Positions 58,980-64,000 of a stretch of 64,000 bases of DNA are shown piece by piece; the stretch's first letter is position 1; every line of letters starts with the position of its first letter. The notes under the pieces were generated by a model. That model ran no database searches. It was not told the DNA's origin and saw only the letters and a list, made by a program, of their open reading frames with translations. The DNA comes from Steroidobacteraceae bacterium (GTDB taxonomy: Bacteria; Pseudomonadota; Gammaproteobacteria; Steroidobacterales; Steroidobacteraceae), in assembly GCA_019634915.1 (NCBI GenBank), contig JAHCAN010000013.1, positions 10,045 through 74,044 on the forward strand. The letters run 5' to 3'. The position numbers and the translations under genes were made by a program.

Positions 58980-60210
58980 GTGCTTCGTCCACATCGTGCT
59001 GCCTGGTGAAACCGGATTCGTTCCGGCAGGGCGATTTCGCCTCGACATCGATCGCCACGGCATCGCGACGGGCAGGTTCGTCTACGGCAAGAGCTATCTG
59101 GCGCGCGACAACGCCGTGCCAATCGATCCGATCGAACTCAAACTCGCTTCCGGCAGCTTCGAGACACGTCTGCTGAAAGGCGTCTTCGGCGCAATCCGCG
59201 ATGCGAGCCCCGACTCCTGGGGCCGCCGCGTGATCGAAAAGCGTGCCGGTAAAGCCCCACTCGGCGAGGTCTATTACCTGCTCCAGTCGCCCGACGACCG
59301 AGCGGGCGCACTCGGCTTCAGCCTCGAGGCCGAGCCTCCCGGGCCGCACCCGGAATTCAACGGCACGACGAGCCTGCAAAGGCTTCAGAACTTCGCGGAC
59401 CGGATCATTGCCGACGAAGACCTTCCTCAAGAATTGCTCCTCGAAGGCACATCGATGGGTGGCGCCCGCCCCAAGGTCGTGGTCGAGGACGACGGCGCGC
59501 TGTGGATCGTGAAATTCAACCGGCCGGACGATCAGTGGAACCATGCGCGCATCGAGCGCGCGACGCTCGAGCTTGCCCGCGCCTGCGGCATTCATACCGC
59601 CGACACGCGGCTGACATCGATCGGCGATCGCGACGCGTTGCTCGTCAAGCGCTTCGACCGCGGGTGGACCAGCCAGGGCTACCGGCGCGCACGCATGCTG
59701 AGCGCACTCACGCTGCTGCGCGCGGAGGACACGCATACCGATCGCGCGAAATGGTCGTATGTGCTGCTCGCCGAGGAACTGCGACGTCTTTCAGCGCGCC
59801 CGCAAGACGACGCACCCGAGCTGTTCAGACGGATGTGCTTCAACGCGCTGATCAGCAACAGCGACGATCATCCGCGCAATCACGCGGTGATCGCGATGGA
59901 AAGCGCCTGGCGTCTGTCCCCCGCGTACGATCTGATCCCGAGTCCGCAGATCAGCCTCGAACACCGCGATCTCGCACTGGCCTGTGGCGACATGGGCCGC
60001 TACGCACATGCGGACAATCTGCTGTCGCAAAGCGCGCGCTTCCTCGTGAGCCGCGAAGACGCCGTCACGATCATCGATACGATGGAGCAAACGGTCAGGG
60101 AGCGCTGGCACGAGATCGCCCGCCGCGAAGGCGTCACGGCAAGGGACTGCGAGGCGATCAGCGGCGCGTTCGCGTATCCGGGATTCCGGCTCGCGCTGCC
60201 GCGGAACTAG
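58969..60210 (+). CDS. hipA: HipA-family Ser/Thr kinase toxin
   Basis: GTG at 58969 overlaps hipB by 11 nt. Motifs SMGGARPKVVV, WIVKF and FNALISNSDDHPRNHAV (catalytic loop). Confidence 0.85.
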   Translation: MTSECFVHIVLPGETGFVPAGRFRLDIDRHGIATGRFVYGKSYLARDNAVPIDPIELKLASGSFETRLLKGVFGAIRDASPDSWGRRVIEKRAGKAPLGEVYYLLQSPDDRAGALGFSLEAEPPGPHPEFNGTTSLQRLQNFADRIIADEDLPQELLLEGTSMGGARPKVVVEDDGALWIVKFNRPDDQWNHARIERATLELARACGIHTADTRLTSIGDRDALLVKRFDRGWTSQGYRRARMLSALTLLRAEDTHTDRAKWSYVLLAEELRRLSARPQDDAPELFRRMCFNALISNSDDHPRNHAVIAMESAWRLSPAYDLIPSPQISLEHRDLALACGDMGRYAHADNLLSQSARFLVSREDAVTIIDTMEQTVRERWHEIARREGVTARDCEAISGAFAYPGFRLALPRN

Positions 60211-60217
60211 GCCACGG

Positions 60218-60610
60218 TCAAGGCAGCTTCAGCTTGCCGCCCGGGCCCGGGCCCATCGGGCCGAGCCCGCCCGCTTCCGGTACGACGATGCGCGAGGCCG
60301 CCTCGCGGCGGTATTCGCGCGCCTCGTCGATCGCCTGCTCGAGCGCGTTCTTGACCGAATCGGCGAACTTCGCGAGCGCCTCGTCCATCGTCTTAGCGTC
60401 GATCTCGAACACGAGCGGCAGCACGCCGCCCGGCGTCAGCAACTGGGTCTGCCCCGACCAGAGCACGTCGCGCGCGGGGTCGTCGCTGCCGTCGGACTTG
60501 ATCGGCACGAGCCGCCGCAGCGTGCCGGCCTTGCGATCGGTGAACACCTCTTCGCGGTAGAGACCGTTCGCGTCGAGCTGGATGTCGGGCAGGTTCGGGT
60601 CGGTAGCCAT
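60218..60610 (-). CDS. Conserved-looking hypothetical cytoplasmic protein
   Basis: Start MATDPNLPDIQLD (ATG at 60610). 130 aa, no recognisable motif. Confidence 0.45.
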   Translation of the reverse strand: MATDPNLPDIQLDANGLYREEVFTDRKAGTLRRLVPIKSDGSDDPARDVLWSGQTQLLTPGGVLPLVFEIDAKTMDEALAKFADSVKNALEQAIDEAREYRREAASRIVVPEAGGLGPMGPGPGGKLKLP

Positions 60611-60719
60611 GGCAAGCCTGTCGTGGGAAAGGCGCGCATTGTATCGCGCATTTCCGGTCCCCGGCGCCTGGCTGCCGCGCACGGCCACCACGCGCGGATC
60701 GAGCTCGTCGGCTGAAGCC

Positions 60720-62561
60720 TCAGCGGGCCGGGGCCGCGTTCTCTTCGGCGAGCACCGCCACGGTGTTCGGTGTACCGGTCTGGCGCAGCAGCGCCTTGGT
60801 GCGGAAGAAGCGCAGGAAGCCGGCCGGGCCCATGCGCGAGCCGCCGAGGCCGGAGAGCTTGAACGAGTTCTTTTCCGCCTCGTGCATGATCGCCGTCAGC
60901 GAGCAATCGTTGAGGCTCACCGCGCCGACCTCGAGCTGGCGACCGATCACCTCGGCCTCCTCGAGCGAGCCCGCGAGCACCGCGCCCGACAGCCCGTACA
61001 CGCCCTCGTTCGCGAGGCGGATCGCCTCCTCGATCGTGTCGAACGCGACCACCGGGATCACCGGGCCGAAGGTCTCTTCGGTGATCACCTGCATGTCCTG
61101 CGTCACGTCGACGAGCACGGTCGGGCGCAGCCAGTCGCCACCGTGACGCTCGATCTCGCCACCGGCGAGCACTTTCGCGCCCTTCGCGACCGCGTCCGCG
61201 ATCTGCTGCTCGACGACGCGCGCCTGGCCGCCCCAGATGAACGGGCCGACGATGCCGCGATGGATGTCGGGCCAGTTGATGTCGGCCGCGCGCGCCTTCG
61301 CGACGAGCGCTTCGACGAAGCGGTCGTGCAGGCGGCGATCGACGTATACGCGCTCGAGCGACTGGCAGGCCTGGCCGCTCGCGGTGATCGCCGCGCGCAG
61401 CACGACGTCGGCAGCGCGCTCCGGATCGTAGTCGGCGGTGATGATCACCGGGTCCTTGCCGCCGAGCTCGAGGAACGACGGAATGAAATGCTGCGCGGCA
61501 TTGGCGCCGACCAGGCGCCCGGTCTTGACGCTGCCGGTGAAGCATACGACGTCGACCAGCCCGACGAGCGCCTCGCCCGCCTCGCGTCCGCCGGGACAGA
61601 CCGCGAGCACCGCGGCGAGCTCGGGCACCGCCTCGATCGCGCGGCGCACGGGCTCGACCCAGCGCGGCGTGACTTCGCTTGGCTTGACCAGCGCCGCGCA
61701 GCCCGCGAGCAGCGCGGGCACCGCATCGATGAACGCGAGCGTGAACGGAAAATTCCACGGACTGATCGCGCCCATCAGCGTGTAGGGCACGAGCTGGTAA
61801 TCGAAATGGATCGAGGGCTGCGCCTCGGAGCGCCCCGCGCGCTTCGGCGTGAGGCCGGGCGCATTGCGGCACCAGCGATCGACCGCGCCGAGCATCGACT
61901 GCGCCTCGCCGATCGAGATCAGGTGGCGGCCCGTGTCCTGCGTGAGAGCCGCGACGATCTCGTCCATGCGCCGCTCGAGCTCCGCGCGCCAGCGCCGCAG
62001 CACCTCGATGCGGTGCTCGAGCCCGGCGTCGCGCCACGCGGGCTGCTGCGCGCGCAGCGCCGCGGCGATGCGGCCCATTTCGGCGGCGGTCGGCGCGGTG
62101 AAGTGGTAATCCACTTCGCCGGTGCGGGGGTTGCGCACATCGAAGGTCTGGGCTGCGGTCATCTCGATTCCGGGAAGTGCGCCGAGCGCGCGTATGAAAG
62201 GTTCATCGGCCGGCAGGATATCCCATTCCCGCAGCCGCTTTGGAGCCGCCCAGGCCAGTTGCTGTCCGTCGAGCGGTCGTGGTTCACCGCTCCATGATTC
62301 GACGAGCCAGAGCGCGAGTTCCACTTCGCGATCGTCGTAACGATAGCGGACCGTCATGAACGGCCGCGCCGCGTACACGGTCACGCCGAGCTCTTCGGCC
62401 AGCTCGCGCGCGAGCGCGTCACGCGCGCTCTCGCCCGCGACCCGCTTGCCGCCCGGAAATTCCCAGCGGCCGGCCATGTGCTTGCCTGCGGGGCGATCGG
62501 CGATCAGCACGCGGCCCTGCGCATCGAACAGCGCAGCGGCGACGACCCGGACGAGGCTCAC
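60720..62561 (-). CDS. Nudix (MutT-like) hydrolase fused in-frame to an aldehyde dehydrogenase
   Basis: GTG at 62561 overlaps the secA stop (GTGA). Nudix box [34 protein letters not shown], then after about 133 codons [12 protein letters not shown]...ISPWNFP...LELGGKDP...EETFGPV (ALDH motifs). There is no stop codon between the two domains. Confidence 0.7.
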   Translation of the reverse strand: MSLVRVVAAALFDAQGRVLIADRPAGKHMAGRWEFPGGKRVAGESARDALARELAEELGVTVYAARPFMTVRYRYDDREVELALWLVESWSGEPRPLDGQQLAWAAPKRLREWDILPADEPFIRALGALPGIEMTAAQTFDVRNPRTGEVDYHFTAPTAAEMGRIAAALRAQQPAWRDAGLEHRIEVLRRWRAELERRMDEIVAALTQDTGRHLISIGEAQSMLGAVDRWCRNAPGLTPKRAGRSEAQPSIHFDYQLVPYTLMGAISPWNFPFTLAFIDAVPALLAGCAALVKPSEVTPRWVEPVRRAIEAVPELAAVLAVCPGGREAGEALVGLVDVVCFTGSVKTGRLVGANAAQHFIPSFLELGGKDPVIITADYDPERAADVVLRAAITASGQACQSLERVYVDRRLHDRFVEALVAKARAADINWPDIHRGIVGPFIWGGQARVVEQQIADAVAKGAKVLAGGEIERHGGDWLRPTVLVDVTQDMQVITEETFGPVIPVVAFDTIEEAIRLANEGVYGLSGAVLAGSLEEAEVIGRQLEVGAVSLNDCSLTAIMHEAEKNSFKLSGLGGSRMGPAGFLRFFRTKALLRQTGTPNTVAVLAEENAAPAR

Positions 62562-64000
62562 TCCGCCTGGGCCAGAGCGCCGTGGCAGTGCTTGTATTTC
62601 TTGCCCGAGCCGCACGGACAGGGCTCGTTGCGACCGACCTTGCGCTCGGCGCGCACCATCGGCGTATGCGATTCGGCCGGCGCTGCCGGCGCGCGCCCGG
62701 GCAGGCGGGTCACGCTCGCGGGGCCCGCCGGCGCTTCGGCAGCCGGCTCGCCACCGGCCTCGAGGGCCGACTCGGCGGCCGCATGCTGCGCCTGCAGCGC
62801 CTGCATCAGGCGCTGGCGGCGGCGCTCCTCCTCGCGATCGATCTCCTCCTGCGTGCGCACCTCGATCTTCGAGAGGAGCGACGCGGTCTCGAACTTGACG
62901 CGATCGAGCATCGCCGAGAACAGCTCGAAGGCTTCGCGCTTGTACTCGTAGCGGTAATCCTTCTGCGCATAGCCGCGCAGATGGATGCCCTGGCGCAGGT
63001 AATCCATCGCGGCGAGGTGATCGCGCCAGTGCTGGTCGAGCGTGCGCAGCATCACGTCCTTCTCGACGTGGCGCATCAGCTCCTCGCCGATGCGCCCGAC
63101 CTTCTCGTCGTAGGCCGCCTCGATCGCCTGCTCGATGCGCTCGCGGAAGCTCGCTTCGTCGAGCTCGGGCTCCTTCTCGAGCCATTCCTTCGGCGTGATG
63201 CGCGTGTTGAAGTCCTTCAGCACGGCCTCGGTGAGCCCCTCGAGATCCCAGTCGGTGGGGCCGGCGTTCTTCGGCACGAACTGGTCGACCAGCGTGCCGG
63301 CCGCGTCGGCGCGGATGCCGCGGATCGCGGCGGCCACGTCGGTCTTCGCCATGATCTCGGTGCGCTGCTGGTAGATCACCCGGCGCTGGTCGTTCGCGAC
63401 GTCATCGAACAGCAGCAGCTGCTTTCTGATGTCGAAGTTGTGCGACTCGACCTTGCGCTGCGCTTTCTCGATGCGGCCCGAGAGCATGCGGCTCTCGATC
63501 ACCTCGCCCTGCTTCATGCCCGCCATCGTCAGCAGGCGCTTGGTGAAGTTCGGATCGCCGAAGATCCGCATCAGGTTGTCTTCCATCGACAGGTAGAAGC
63601 GGCTCGAGCCGGCGTCACCCTGCCGGCCCGAACGGCCGCGCAGCTGGTTGTCGATGCGACGGGACTCGTGGCGCTCGGTGCCGATGATGTGCAGGCCGCC
63701 GGCGGCGAGCACCTTGTCGTGGCGCGCCTGCCATTCGGCCCGGACGCGCCCGCGATCCGCATCCGTGGCTTCCGGCGGCAGCGCCGCGAGCTCGGCCTCG
63801 AGGTTGCCGCCGAGCACGATGTCGGTGCCGCGGCCGGCCATGTTGGTCGCGATCGTGATCGCGCCGGGGCGGCCCGCCTGGGTGATGATCAGCGCCTCGC
63901 GCTCGTGCTGCTTCGCGTTCAGCACCTGGTGCGTGACGCCTTCCTTCTGCAGCAGCGACGAGATGTACTCGGAGGTCTCGATCGAGGTGGTGCCGACCAG
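62558..64000 (-). CDS. secA: Preprotein translocase ATPase SecA (C-terminal part; the 5' end is off the window)
   Basis: Contains [37 protein letters not shown], and the C-terminal zinc motif [14 protein letters not shown]. Confidence 0.95.
   Translation of the reverse strand: MVGTTSIETSEYISSLLQKEGVTHQVLNAKQHEREALIITQAGRPGAITIATNMAGRGTDIVLGGNLEAELAALPPEATDADRGRVRAEWQARHDKVLAAGGLHIIGTERHESRRIDNQLRGRSGRQGDAGSSRFYLSMEDNLMRIFGDPNFTKRLLTMAGMKQGEVIESRMLSGRIEKAQRKVESHNFDIRKQLLLFDDVANDQRRVIYQQRTEIMAKTDVAAAIRGIRADAAGTLVDQFVPKNAGPTDWDLEGLTEAVLKDFNTRITPKEWLEKEPELDEASFRERIEQAIEAAYDEKVGRIGEELMRHVEKDVMLRTLDQHWRDHLAAMDYLRQGIHLRGYAQKDYRYEYKREAFELFSAMLDRVKFETASLLSKIEVRTQEEIDREEERRRQRLMQALQAQHAAAESALEAGGEPAAEAPAGPASVTRLPGRAPAAPAESHTPMVRAERKVGRNEPCPCGSGKKYKHCHGALAQAE

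Overview
High-G+C proteobacterial chromosome segment; gene order looks gammaproteobacterial (Xanthomonadales/Nevskiales-like), but this was not tested. All calls come from reading the ORF translations and the DNA by eye. No database search was run and G+C was not computed.

Backbone, left to right:
- A TonB-dependent receptor operon with two PDZ-tailed proteins (ChaN-like, and an M1+M28 double peptidase).
- An fmdB / aminotransferase / glutamine-synthetase-like operon.
- clpB, a ZIP transporter, pgeF, cstA-ybdD, apbE, rluD, bamD, nadE and sucDC.
- The type IV pilus block pilS-pilR ... pilA-pilB-pilC-pilD, then coaE-zapD-yacG, two S9 peptidases, a Nudix-aldehyde dehydrogenase fusion, and the secA 3' end.

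This is the conserved secA-mutT ... yacG-zapD-coaE ... pilin-operon synteny. Almost every junction in it has been invaded by accessory DNA, and no integrase or transposase is visible anywhere in the window.

1. pilR to pilA (27.8-43.3 kb). First a roughly 7.5 kb toxin-antitoxin (TA) graveyard: Gp49/XRE, two VapBC, BrnTA plus a wHTH gene, MazEF, an orphan HicB, a ParE pseudogene and a YhcG nuclease. Then a visibly lower-G+C six-gene cluster (35.3-43.1 kb): a TagD-like cytidylyltransferase fused to a ParB/Srx-like domain, a SAM methyltransferase, a TagB/TagF-like glycerophosphotransferase, a short YidC/Oxa1-like insertase, and two polytopic sulfatase-fold phosphotransferases. It ends directly upstream of a near-perfect sigma54 promoter and a pilA whose C-terminal loop is Ser/Thr-rich. 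I regard this as the best candidate for an undescribed system: a teichoic-acid-like phospho-polyol or phosphoform decoration pathway for the pilus or envelope.
2. pilD to coaE (47.9-51.8 kb). A tandem array of small TA cassettes, bounded by duplicated copies of the pilD 3' end and a shared 15-nt core.
3. Downstream of yacG: a nucleotidyltransferase pair. Further on: hipBA.

Smaller oddities: a tandem-repeat polybasic tail on SucD, a GN-repeat microsatellite in pilR, and a G/C homopolymer hairpin upstream of clpB.
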